DNA of 64,000 bases from the human T2T-CHM13v2.0 reference genome, Homo sapiens (GCF_009914755.1 NC_060926.1); one strand, 5' to 3'. Positions 15,858-33,730 are shown, counted from the stretch's first letter. Notes: generated by a model not told the origin, from the letters alone. Made by a program: numbers and translations.

Positions 15858-16562
15858 TGCATTACTCTGTTATAACACTGCTATAAAGAACTGCCAGGGC
15901 AGATCATGAGATCAGGAGTTAGAGACCAGCCTGGCCAACACGGTGAAACCCCGCCTTTACTAAAAATACAAAAATTAGCTGGCCATGGTGGCAGGCACCT
16001 ATAATCTCAGCTACTCAGGAAGCTGAGGCAGGAGAATCGTTTGAACCCAGGAGGCGGAGGTTGCGGTGAGCCGAGATTGCGGCATTGCACTCCAGCCTGG
16101 GCGACAAGGCGAGACTCTGTCTCAAAAAACAAAACAAAACAAAACAAAAAAAACTGCCAAGACTGGGTAACTTATAAAGAAAAGAGGTTTAATTGCCTCA
16201 GCCTCTTCAGCCAGTTCCACTGAAGAGGCCTCAGGAAACTTACAATCGTGGCAGAAGGGGAAGCAGGCACATCTTACATGGCAGGAGGTGAGAGAGAGAG
16301 CGAGAGGAGGGCAGAGAAGAGAGGAGACAGGAGAAGGGTGGAGAGAGAGACAGGGAAAGAGAGCAGGAAAAACTATCATTTATAAAAACATCAGATCTCA
16401 TGAGAATTCACTCACTATCAGGAGAACAGCATGGGGGAACCACCCCTATAATCCAATCACTTCCCTCTCTCCACTCCTGGGGATTACAGGTCCCTCCCTC
16501 AATACTCGAGGGTTACAATTCGAGGTGAGATTTCAGTGGGGACACAGAGCTAAACCATATCA
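15858..16562 (-). mobile_element. MST solo LTR interrupted by an Alu
   Basis: TSD gccat on both sides; LTR resumes at agactgggtaac after the Alu. Confidence 0.88.
15897..16150 (+). mobile_element. 5'-truncated AluS inside the MST LTR
   Basis: Begins gggcagatcatgag; TSD aaagaactgcca / aaaaaactgcca. Confidence 0.92.
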
Positions 16563-17194
16563 GCCATATTCCATTGTGTTGTGTCTAACAGTGGAAGCTC
16601 CACTTATGCAGCTAGTGTGAAGGAGGTGATCTTAAAATCCATTCGAAGAGGCTCAACTGGTGGAAGTGCTCGAATGGGTCCTATGTGATTCAGCTCCATT
16701 CTCATCCACTTGCAGCTCTGGATCGAAAACCCAGAGATGAGTGACATTCTGTTCTTATGGGTGCCCAGAGTGGTAGCTGGTGTATTTGAGGATGGCAGAT
16801 AGTGCTATAAAACAAGAGTCCCGTTGAGACTTTGCTCAAACAGAGCCCCCGCCTGTCTGTTGGAGATTCTTTGTTTCACCCTTTTCAGTAACCAGAGCCA
16901 CAGCTTCTTTGCTCACGTCCAAATGGAGAAAAAAAAATGGCTGAGCTTTGCACTGCCTGGGTCACCCCTAACTCAATCCCTGCCACCAGGCTGCAGATTT
17001 GGGTAGCAGTTTGTTGCCCTAACACAGGATAACTGTGATTGGTTGATATCAATCAAGATATGTCCCTAAAGACCCAGAGGAGCCAATCTCAATCAAGCCT
17101 TGGCTGCAGCACAGTGAGAAGTCCCCTGGCATGGCCAGGAGAAACCTACTTTGCCCAACAGGTACGTATCCATGATTGGAAAGGAAAAAAGACC

Positions 17195-17360
17195 AACTTG
17201 TACTGAACCTATATTGAGTACTGACTAAGGAGCTTTTACCATTTAATTTAACCCCAACAGTCCTTAGGGGGAGGGCTTGCTATGCTTATTTCACAGATAA
17301 GAAAACTTTAGCTCAGAGAGTATGAGTCATTTGCTTAAGGTCCCACAGCTAATATGCATC
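17195..17360 (-). mobile_element. MIR SINE
   Basis: tatttcacagataagaaaactttagctcagagag...tttgcttaaggtcccacagcta. Confidence 0.7.
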
Positions 17361-18481
17361 AAAGCTTATCTCACCGATTTCATATGCTGCTTGGCACAGC
17401 TTGTTAATGACCCTGAAGTCCATCCAAGCTAGACCTGGGAAATACATTTTAGATCCCATTCCCCCAAGTTTTGTTGTTAAAACTCATGTAGAGTATTTGG
17501 AATACATATATATGGAATATGAACATATATATATATATAAAAACATATATATATATGGTTTAGACTAAAGTTGGAAGGAAAACTAAAGATATGTTTTTTC
17601 CAGTTAAGCATCTTCTAACAGTTTAAGTAATTGGTTTGTGTTATCAGATTGTGGTCTAAACTAGATCACAGGAATGAATCATAGCTGATGTAATGCACAC
17701 ATGTCTTAGCACAGCTATTATGTGGTACCCAGGTGCACTGAATTTTACAATATGAAACCAGAGCTCTGCCCTTGACCCCGGTGAGCAATTATGGCATCAT
17801 GAACTAGGCACTTGGATGCAGTTCAAAGAGCTGAGAACAAGTTACGAAAACGCAGGGAAAGTAAACTTCGGAGTTCCAGAGAGGTCACTCAATCTCCTCC
17901 TGGCCTTGCAGAGATGCCGATATCAGCTCCATGTGAAAACTGGTGGGGAAAACCTACAAGTCCAGGCTTTCACTTTTCCCTTAAAAGAACAGGGGTTGTC
18001 CTGAGCTGTGTAGCCTCTGGGATGGTGAGTCTTCCAGAAAATTTTCTCCCAGGGGACTTCACGGAAGAAGAAATTCCCTTCAAACTTGGGCTTTTCAGTT
18101 CTGTTACTAGCATTTGGGATTGGACCAATAGCCCCTGATGGCAATTCTGGTTGGGCAGGGGAAGTGTGAGAGTGTGGTGGGCAGGTGGGTAGAGGTGGGA
18201 AACGAAGCAAAGGGACAGAGACATGCAGGCTAATGTGGATGGTGGAGACCTCCCAGCAAGGGCAGCACTGCCTGCAGCAATGCCAGAAAGACAGCCTGAA
18301 AGAGAAGCTTTCTGCAACCTTAGTTCTTTTTGCTCAGGAAGTACTAAAGTTAGAACCTACTGTCTTTTAAAAAGAAATGATGTTATTTCACAGATCCGCA
18401 CATTTAAATAACAAATAAGCCAAGACAAAACAAAACAAAATGTGAAGTCCTAAAATTTAGTTAAGATACATTTTTCTTCTA

Positions 18482-18687
18482 AGAGACTGCATGGAAATTT
18501 TGTTGTTGAAATAATTCACTGTGCTGAGCTTCACTTGAAATGCTTAAATACCTTGAAACCATTTCCATTTTTGCCTTTACTCAAAATAAGTGGTTACTTT
18601 CTAATGAATGAAAAGCCCAGTATGTGAAAAGTGTGGCTTAGGCCAATAAAAAGGGAGGTAACAGCATTTTAGTAGTTTCTCAGAAGC
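18482..18687. repeat. Source copy of a ~207-bp inverted duplication (partner 19665-19873)
   Basis: Reverse complement aligns by eye at roughly 90% identity to 19665-19873. Confidence 0.93.
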
Positions 18688-18975
18688 AGTTAAAAAATGA
18701 CACAATGAAGTTTAACAGGCTGAGGAAACATCACACCCCATCATTAAAAACAGCAATGCCAAAAATACCCAGGGGTGAACAGAGGTGAGGGAGACTGCCA
18801 AAAGATTATTGCTTGAAGGATTGCCTTTCCTTGTACGGGTACCTACCCAGGGCAGTTGCTCCAGGTTCATGCAGGGGTGGCCATATTTTGTATCACGTGA
18901 TCCTCAGTCCACAAGCTGATTGGACCAGAGGAGGCCACTTCCCCAGAGGCTGATCAGAACACCGTGATACAGCTC

Positions 18976-18990
18976 CCTGCAGGGGGCGCT
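18976..18990 (+). promoter_or_regulatory. Candidate CTCF core motif
   Basis: CCTGCAGGGGGCGCT fits CCNSYAGRKGGCRCT; several CpGs are retained nearby. Confidence 0.5.
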
Positions 18991-18994
18991 GCGC

Positions 18995-20310
18995 TGTTTT
19001 TGCAGCCAAATGCAAAATGAAACTGTAAGTGCTCTCATTCAAAAAGCAGGAGAAACGTGCCATGGAATGTAGTAAAAGATAAGGCTTTTCCCTTTTTCTA
19101 CAGTCTCTCAATTTGTTATGGTGTTTTTACTTTGCTCCTTGAGGTCGTTTTGAGTAAAGAAAGAATACAATTTTAAATCATTAGCATGAATTTTACCATT
19201 ACTCTTCATATTGTGCAATTTCACGTTTAAATACAAACATAAGTACATTTAACTCACATGCAGCATCACCAAAATTACACAATTTGTATTTTGTGGCTTG
19301 TACATGCATATATATTTCATTCTTAGCAGAACATTGGAAACACTACAACACATGAACTCAACTGTCTTTATTTCACTTCTTGGTGCACACATTTTCTACT
19401 AACAACCTCTACTTTTGGCTTATTGATGAATAAGAAAAGACTTTAAAAAAAAAAAAAAGGAAAAAGCAAGTCTGGCTCTCTTGCCCTTTCCTTCTAAGTC
19501 CTCGTTTTCAGCATAAGGGGTTAGCTGGCATAGCTCTGAAGCCTGAATATCTGAGACAGATCTCAGTTAATTTAGGAAGTTTATTTTGCCAAAGTTAAGG
19601 ACATGCACCTGTGACATAACCTCAGGAGGTACTGATGACATGTGCCCAAGGACATTGGAGCACAGCTTCTGAGAAACCATTAAAATGGTGTCACCTCCCC
19701 TTTTATTGTCCTAACCCACACTTTTCACATACTGGGATTTGCATTCATTAGAAAGTAGCCACCACCTGATTTGAGTAAAGGCAAAAATGGAAATGTTTTC
19801 AAGGTATTTAAGCATTTCAATTGAAGCTCAGTACAACGAATTATTTCAACAACAAAATTTTCATGTAGTCTCTACAGAGATATGAGACATCAATCAATAT
19901 ATGCAAGATAAACATTGGTTTAATACTGAAATTCCAGGTCATAGGTAGATAAGAGACAAATGGTTGCATTCTTCTGAGTTTCTGATGAGCCTTTCCAAAG
20001 GAGGCCATCAGATATGCATTTATCTCAGTGAAGAGTGGGATGACTTTGAATAAATGGGAGGCAGGTTTGCCCTAAGCAGATCCAGCTTGACTTTTCCCTT
20101 TAGCTGAGTGATTTGGAGGCCCCAGGATCTATTTTCCTTTCATGTAAGGAAGTCACATGAGTAACGAAGGACATGACAGAGTCCCTTGGTAATTCACGTT
20201 TCTCACAGTGCCATTGACTTCCTCCAACTTCTAGAGCAAGTCCTGGATCTAGTGACACATGTACTGAATAAATGACAGTGGGAAGCAGAGCAAAACTCAT
20301 GGGGCCAAGA
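18995..20310 (-). mobile_element. hAT-Tip100 (MER45/Zaphod-like) relic interrupted by MER4A
   Basis: tgcaaaatgaaactg...ttcaaaaagcagg at one end and gcagagcaaaactcatggggcc at the other. Confidence 0.5.
19537..20144 (-). mobile_element. MER4A-family ERV1 solo LTR carrying a foreign insert
   Basis: atatctgagacag...gtttattttgccaaagttaaggac...ctcaggagg...gcttgacttttccctt...attttcctttca. Confidence 0.88.
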
Positions 20311-20469
20311 TACTTTCATTTTTCCACTTTTTTTTTTTTTGCTGGCACTTTGTGTTGCTGTGATATGTAAACATAGATGTCAATTTTCAACACTTTCTTC
20401 TTCCTTTTATTAAAAAAAAAAGTTACTGTGTTTCATCATGACTGGTTAAGAATTATTGTTTTGTGTTCA

Positions 20470-21145
<676 letters not shown>

Positions 21146-21349
21146 TTAAATTAGATTTACTTGTTTAATTATTTACTAAGTGACAGATTTACCAGACTCA
21201 AAACTTTAAATTGTTTAAGAATGAAATAGAAGCAAAATTCTCCCTTCCTCCTCTGCTGCCTTATCCTCTCTTTCCGCCCTCTCCCCAGATAGATAACTAT
21301 TGTAATCAATCCCTTAGTTATCTTCCGAATTTTTTAAATATACATCTAA

Positions 21350-22140
<791 letters not shown>

Positions 22141-23576
22141 CTAAGCAATGCAAGAATATATTCTTTTTTGTGTGATTTTATCCTTAAAAGCCTTCACCTT
22201 TTAGTGACGTTATCTCTTTAGAGAAACATAAGCAGTTCTCAAGGAGGTATGGATCTCACTGAAACAATGAACTTAATGACTGCCACGGCCCACTCTCGTC
22301 ACCCCTGCCAGGAAGGGATCTGAAGGCTGAACCATATCTTTTCCAGACACTGTAGCTGAAAAGTGTCGCACCTGTCACAGATTCTCAGGGCCGCCTCCAA
22401 GAAGGGAATACCTACGCCTGCTGCCAATGCAAAGCTGTGAGAAAGTCTTTTTACTCCCAGCAGGAGGGCCACATTCATTGACTTTCGTTCACCATTTAAC
22501 GGTAGTTCTTAGAATGTGTCACCTAGTCTGCTATCACAAAAATCCAAAGCCTGAATAGTTTTTAAACCATAGGAAAGTTGGAAGAAAAATATTTTCTACT
22601 CCTTAATAATGCCAGGGCTTAATTATACACTTCTTGAATTGCAGCTTCAGGGAATTTCAAAACACATAATTTAGCCTTCTTCGACCGTATGAAATATTCT
22701 ATTGGAACAAACAAGATTGGGGCTATTATATCAAGTTCATCTTACCCAGACAGTAGAAGCAGTAATTCATACTTTCAGAGAGAGGGAGAGAGAATTTGCC
22801 TTAAGCGGCCAATTTTAACTTCTGCAGATTCTAATTTTTAACATTGGGGTTAAGCTCCAGTTAATGCTGAAAATAAATGTGTGTTGCCTGGAGCCAAAGG
22901 CAGAAAATTGTGAGTCTCGGGAATAGTACCAGCCATTAACTCTTTCGTTGCAGGACAGTGGGAATGCAGGGGCAGTAAACGAGAGGTCGAGGTGGGAAGA
23001 GCACTGAGGAACCCTGGGACATTGGGGGTGTGGGGCTTCTTGGAAAGACAGCTATTTCTGACCTGGCACAGAAATACTTCAGCATTTTAACAACCAGTAA
23101 TGTGTTCTGGTGCATGTCAGCCGGATACAGTCCTAGTGATATGAGGATAAACAACACATCCTACCCAATACTTTTACACCCATCATCCTGTCTGACTCTT
23201 GTACCAAAGGTCTGAGTTCACTGAGTTCAGTGTTATCCATGACACTGACGGCTCCAGGATGCGAAACGGCTCCACCAGGGTGGCCCCAGCAGTAAATTGT
23301 ACTTGCAGGCCTTGAGCCCATATTTTCAGATTTCAAATCCAGCCCTCTTTTCATTAAATAGCAGCTACTTTTTCAATGAGATTAAATCTTCCCAGCCTAG
23401 GCACACAACCAAGCCAGTTTCACTTTGGGTGGCAGAACCAAAGAAAGCCATACCAAAGCCAGAGAAGAAGCAGGGGGGATCAGAGTCAAGGATGGTGTGG
23501 GAGTTGCCATGAGGACACGTTTTTAAAACTGAGAAGCCTCAGGCCTCTCTTATGGATGAGAACCTTAAAATCGTGA

Positions 23577-23945
<369 letters not shown>

Positions 23946-25479
23946 TAAAGAAAACATGACTACCTTACCCAATAAGTAGCAGAATGTGCTAACCCAAAAT
24001 ATCAAACAAAAATTGTCAAAGGGGATTTATGTTCATATATGGATGCCACCAATAATAGGTTATTTTATAGGAGAATGGGATCGGGAAGGGCACAACTTTG
24101 CATTGAAACTGCCATCAAAGAGTTTCCCTCTTTCAGGGGAAAGACAAGGACAGGTTGACCCAAGCCTCTCCCCAGAGGCTGGTCTTGACTTCTCTGCTGC
24201 TGGGGGCCACTAAAGATGTCTCCCAAGGCCAGATCTGAAGATAAACAGTGGCCCGGTGCTTTTTTGCCATGGCTGAGATTTCTGTCTCTTTCTACACACT
24301 CGTAGGCAGAGGAAATAAAGTGTCTGTCTCTGAAACTCCAGTGGGCCCAGCCATTGCCAAGGCTGAAGCATGGTGTGTGCTGTGTGTGCACTTCTGCCTG
24401 CTGCATTTGCATATTTTATTCCTGTTTTAAAGCTGAATAATGGATTCAGGTTCTGAGCAATAGAATCTCTACATAATTTATTAGCCAGTCCGGGCTCTGC
24501 TTTGTGCTCAGGTGAACCTTGCCCCACTTTTATCTGCGGCTGCTGCTGCTCTGTGAGAATGAGCCCAAGGCAGAGCCTCTGCAAACTGAGACCCAGGGCT
24601 AGGCAGGGAGAGGGGGAGATTGGTTCACACTGCAGGATGTTTTTTCCCAGTAGCCAAGAAATGCATTGTCTGTGGAATGGTAAACAACACGGGGGGCTAG
24701 GATAGACCAACTAAACCTGAACTTGAGTCTAACAACTGTCATGGGATGGGAAGGATGACCCAGTGGTGCCACATGAGAGCAAGCTGAGAGATGTCATCGT
24801 GACGGTCACGCGTTTAGTTTCGAACCAAGCAAATGCAAGTATTAAGGACCTATCTTGTGTTACATACCATGTTGAGGACTGCAGAGATCAAGTCAAAAGT
24901 GTCTCTACCTGAAAAAGCAAAGTAAATTAACAATATGTTATTAAAACGAATAAGAAAGCTAAGTAAGTTTTCAGGCCCAAAATTAACATGAAAGAGCCAA
25001 TGGTGGATAATGTTAAATCCAGGATTTGCTTCAAAATAACTGGGGAGGTAGAAAGGAGTATGTGGCGTAGGGAGAAAGGAAGAGTGGGCATGACTCAGCT
25101 TGGTTTGGGGAACACAAGGATTCCTCATTCCCCTCACACAAGTTGCCTTTGCTTTTGAAACTTTCCACTATAAGAAGTTTTATTTTCAAAAAACTATCCC
25201 ATTCACAGTAACAAGAATTATAAAACACATTAAAATATATCTACCAAGTAATGCGCTATGCATATATAAAGAAATCTTCTGTAACGCCTAACCAAAAGCT
25301 AAAAACCTAAAGAGAAAAACAGGGTATTTCGGGATAGGAGTTTTTTTAACCAGAAAAATATTGATTTTACCTTAATCTATAAATTCAATGTAATCTCAAT
25401 GAAAACTCCTGCCAAAATGTATTGTATTGGACTTGGTGGTTCTATGAAAAAGTAAATAAATACATAAATAAAAATTTAA

Positions 25480-26385
25480 GGGGGGAAGAGCCAAGATGGC
25501 CGAATAGGAACAGCTCCGGTCTACAGCTCCCAGCGTGAGCGACGCAGAAGACGGTGATTTCTGCATTTCCATCTGAGGTACCGGGTTCATCTCACTAGGG
25601 AGTGCCAGACAGTGGGCGCAGGCCAGTGGGTGCGCGCACCGTGCGCGAGCCGAAGCAGGGCGAGGCATTGCCTCACTCCGGAAACGCAAGGGGTCAGGGA
25701 GTTCCCTTTCCGAGTCAAAGAAAGGGGTGACGGACGCACCTGGAAAATCGGGTCACTCCCACCCGAATATTGCGCTTTTCCGACGGGCTTAAAAAACGGC
25801 GCACCACGAGATTACATCCCGCACCTGGCTCCGAGGGTCCTACGCCCATGGAGTCTCGCTGATTGCTAGCACAGCAGTCTGAGATCAAACTGCAAGGCGG
25901 CAACGAGGCTGGGGGAGGGGCGCCCGCCATTGCCCAGGCTTGCTTAGGTAAACAAAGCAGCCGGGAAGCTCGAACTGGGTGGAGCCCACCACAGCTCAAG
26001 GAGGCCTGCCTGCCTCTGTAGGCTCCACCTCTGGGGGCAGGGCACAGACAAACAAAAAGACAGCAGTAACCTCTGCAGACTTAAATGTCCCTGTCTGACA
26101 GCTTTGAAGAGAGCAGTGGTTCTCCCAGCACGCAGCTGGAGATCTGAGAACGGGCAGACTGCCTCCTCAAGTGGGTCCCTGACCCCTGACCCCTGAGCAG
26201 CCTAACTGGGAGGCACCCCCCAGCAGGGGCATACTGACACCTCACACGGCAGGGTACTCAAATAGACCTGCAGCTGAGGGTCCTCTCTGTTAGAAGGAAA
26301 ACTAACAAACAGAAAGGACATCCACACCAAAAACCCATCTGTACATCACCATCATCAAAGACCAAAAGTAGATAAAACCACAAAG
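25480..26385 (+). promoter_or_regulatory. L1 5'UTR with internal sense and antisense promoters
   Basis: CpG-rich; YY1 site caagatggccg at ~25492; short form cacggcagggtactcaaatagacctgcag, lacking the older 129-bp segment. Confidence 0.85.
25715..25930 (-). CDS. L1 antisense ORF0, 71 aa, intact
   Basis: MAGAPPPASLPPCSLISDCCASNQRDS...RVGVTRFSRCVRHPFL is the recognised primate ORF0 peptide. Confidence 0.85.
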   Translation of the reverse strand: MAGAPPPASLPPCSLISDCCASNQRDSMGVGPSEPGAGCNLVVRRFLSPSEKRNIRVGVTRFSRCVRHPFL

Positions 26386-27402
26386 ATGGGGAAAAAACAG
26401 AACAGAAAAACTGGAAACTCTAAAAAGCAGAGCGCCTCTCCTCCTCCAAAGGAACACAATTCCTCACCAGCAACGGAACAAAGCTGGATGGAGAATGACT
26501 TTGACGAGCTGAGAGAAGAAGGCTTCAGATGATCAAATTACTCTGAGCTATGGGAGGACATTCAAACCAAAGGCAAAGAAGTTGAAAACTTTGAAAAAAA
26601 TTTAGAAGAATGTATAACTAGAATAACCAATACAGAGAAGTGCTTAAAGGAGCTGATGGAGCTGAAAACCAAGGCTCGAGAACTACGTGAAGAATGCAGA
26701 AGCCTCAGGATCCGATGCGATCAACTGGAAGAAAGGGTATCAGCGATGGAAGATGAAATGAATGAAATGAAGCGAGAAGGGAAGTTTAGAGAAAAAAGAA
26801 TAAAAAGAAATGAGCAAAGCCTCCAAGAAATATGGGACTATGTGAAAAGACCAAATCTACATCTGATTGGTGTACCTGAAAGTGATGGGGAGAATGGAAC
26901 CAAGTTGGAAAACACTCTGCAGGATATTATCCAGGAGAACTTCCCCAATCTAGCAAGGCAGGCCAACGTTCAGATTCAGGAAATACAGAGAACGCCACGA
27001 AGATACTCCTCGAGAAGAGCAACTCCAAGACACATAATTGTCAGATTCACCAAAGTTGAAATGAAGGAAAAAATGTTAAGGGCAGCCAGAGAGAAAGGTC
27101 GGGTTACCCTCAAAGGAAAGCCCATCAGACTAACAGTGGATCTCTCGGCAGAAACCCTACAAGCCAGAAGAGAGTGGGGGCCAATATTCAACATTCTTAA
27201 AGAAAAGAATTTTCAACCCAGAATTTCATATCCAGCCAAACTAAGCTTCATAAGCGAAGGAGAAATAAAATCCTTTACAGACAAGCAAATGCTGAGAGAT
27301 TTTGTCACCACCAGGCCTGCCCTAAAAGAGCTCCTGAAGGAAGCGCTAAACATGGAAAGGAACAACCGGTACCACCCACTGCAAAACCATGCCAAAATGT
27401 AA
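26386..27402 (+). pseudogene. L1 ORF1p with a nonsense codon at position 49
   Basis: ATG GGG AAA AAA CAG at 26386; CGA>TGA at 26530-26532; the remainder is open (ORF track 26656-27402). Confidence 0.93.
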
Positions 27403-27465
27403 AGATCATCAAGACTAGGAAGAAACTGCATCAACTAACGAGCAAAATAACCAGCTAACATCATA

Positions 27466-31290
<3,825 letters not shown>

Positions 31291-32253
31291 ACAATGAGAT
31301 CACATGGACACAGGAAGGGGAATATCACACTCTGGGGACTGTTGTGGGGTGGGGGGAGGGGGGAGGGATAGCATTGGGAGATATACCTAATGCTAGATGA
31401 CGAGTTAGTGGGTGCAGTGCACCAGCATGGCACATGTATACATATGTAACTAACCTGCACAATGTGCACATGTACCCTAAAACTTAAAGTATAATAAAAA
31501 AAATTAAAAAAAAAAGAACTGAAAAAAAATAAATAAATAAATAAAAATTTAAAAATAAATAAAAATAATTTAAAATAATAAAAATAAGTGAAAAATAATT
31601 TATTGTAACTGATTAGTTGATTCTCAAGTTCATACAGAAAAGAAAATATGCAAAAATAGCAATAAAATTTTAAAAACAAAAATAATGAGAAGGAAATTAC
31701 CTTATCAAGTATCAAAACACAGTATAAAGTAATAATTAAAATACTGTAAAATTGGAACAAGAAAGGACATGTATTAATAGAACTAAATAGAGATTTCAGA
31801 GGTAGATAGATGTATATATGAAAATCTGGATTATATATACTATATAGAGAGAGCTAGCATTTCAAACCTTTCCCTTTCTGATTTGGGACAAGTTCAGTTT
31901 TCTATGTGGAAAAAATATACTTACATATATGTATTTTTATGTCAATATACTTATTTACCAATATATCTATGTTTGTATATCCTACTTCCATGTTTATATC
32001 GTTAGGCAAAATTACATGTTTATCTTAATATGCTTATATTTTCATACATTTTTATTTGAAAAATATGTAATTAATATTTGTTTATATATTCCATATAGAT
32101 AAATCCTACCAGACTAAATAAGGTGAACAAAACAACATTTTCACCTGCCTGGAGCTCACAGTACATGTATATAAATGTAGACATATATACATGCATGCAT
32201 ATGTGTATATATTTGCTTACATATGTACGTAAATACACATTTTGTATGGATGT

Positions 32254-32987
32254 GTGCCATGATTCAGATGTATGTGTCCCTCCAAAATTCGTATGTTGGA
32301 TCTTAAAGCGCAGGATGATGGTATTAAGAAGTGGGACCATTGGAAGATGATTAGTGTATTAGTCCATTCTCATGCTGCTATAAAGACATACCTGAGACTA
32401 GGTAATTTATAAAGGAAAGAGATTTAATGGACTCACAGTTCCACATGGCTGGGGAGGCCTTGCAATCATGGCAGAAGGTGAAGGAGGAGCAAAGACACAT
32501 CTTACGTGGCAGCAGGCAAGAGAGCTGGTGCAGGGAACTGCCCTTTATAAAACCATCAAATCTCACGAGACTTATTCACTATCACAAGAACAGCACTGGA
32601 AAGACCTGTCCCCATGATTCAATGACCTCATACTGGGTTTCTCCCACAACACATGAGGATTATGGGAGCTACAATTCAAGATGAGATTTGGGTGGGGACA
32701 CAGCCAAACCATACCAATTAGGCACTGCCTTCCTGGATGAGATTAGGGCCTTCTAAAAGGGCTCAAGGAGTGAGTTCATCTCTTCATCCTTTTTGCCTTT
32801 CCACTTTACACCATGTGAGGATGCAGCAATGAGGCGCCATCTTTGACGTAGAGAGCAGCCCTCACCAGACGTGGAACCTGCCAGTGCCCTGATCTTGGAT
32901 TTCCCAGATTCCAGAACTGTGAGAAATAAATTTCTATTTCTTATAAGTTGCCCAACCTAATTGTTGTAACAGCCTGACCTGAGTCAA
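32254..32987 (+). mobile_element. MLT1A-type LTR interrupted by a THE1
   Basis: atgtgtccctccaaaattcgtatgttg...ccatgtgaggatgcagc...ccagaactgtgagaaataaatttc. Confidence 0.85.
32355..32716 (-). mobile_element. THE1/MST solo LTR nested in MLT1A
   Basis: tgtattagtccattctcatgctgc...cagccaaaccatacca; TSD attag on both sides. Confidence 0.92.
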
Positions 32988-33079
32988 CATGGGTATTTTA
33001 GCGAGGAAGGCATTTAGTTTTGAACTAAATATGCATGTATTTTTATGCATAATGGCAACTTGAACAGAGCCGTATAGAT

Positions 33080-33520
33080 ACAAGAAGGTGAGTAGGGCAG
33101 GCTGAGGAAGGTTTCACAGAGAAAGACATCTGACTCCAGCTGCCTCAGCAAGGGAAGGACAGTACAACCCAGGCAGAGCAGCCCTGGGAGAGAGGCACAG
33201 AGGCCTGAGGCCCCCCAGGGTTAACATGTGGTCACGGCATTCTGTGGCAGCACAAGGTGGCCCATGGTGGGAGAGGCCAGCAGTGAAGGTGGAAAGAAAT
33301 GGCAGAGTTGAGTCATGAATGTCAGGTATGTCTCACCCTAAGCTTAATGGGGAGCCAGCAAGGTTGTAGAAAGTGGGATGGCAGGGGGACATGACTAGGT
33401 GGGTGCTAGAAGGACCTCTCCATGGGACATCTTGAAGACATGGTCACCAGAGACAAGAAGATGCATCTGGAAGCCAAAGGAGTGGGCCTGAAAGTCCAGG
33501 TGAGATGCCCGGCCTGCCAC
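33080..33520 (-). mobile_element. L2 fragment
   Basis: ggaaggtttcacagagaaagacatctga...taatggggagccagcaagg...aagtccaggtgagatg. Confidence 0.55.
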
Positions 33521-33528
33521 CTGGAAGG

Positions 33529-33730
33529 GTGGAATCTGCCAGTGCCTTGATCTTTGGACTTCCCAGCCTCCAGAACTGTGAGAAATTAATTTCTATTATT
33601 TATAAATTGCCCAGCCTAATTGTTGTAACAGCCTGAACTAAGATAACATATGTATATTAGCTAAGAATGCATTTAATTTTGAACTAAATATGCATGTATT
33701 TGTATGCATAATGGCAACCTGAAGAGAGCC
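33529..33730 (+). repeat. Direct ~200-bp copy of 32871-33071
   Basis: Aligns by eye at roughly 87-88% identity, including the non-LTR flank. Confidence 0.92.

Noticed and set aside
16870-17170. Acceptor-like cttttcag at ~16888 and donor-like cag|gtacgt at ~17161
   Set aside because: There is no coherent coding frame or second exon to support them.
17812-18411. Cluster of overlapping 60-115-aa ORFs in unique sequence
   Set aside because: No recognisable domain, several start at non-ATG codons, and no convincing splice-site pair.
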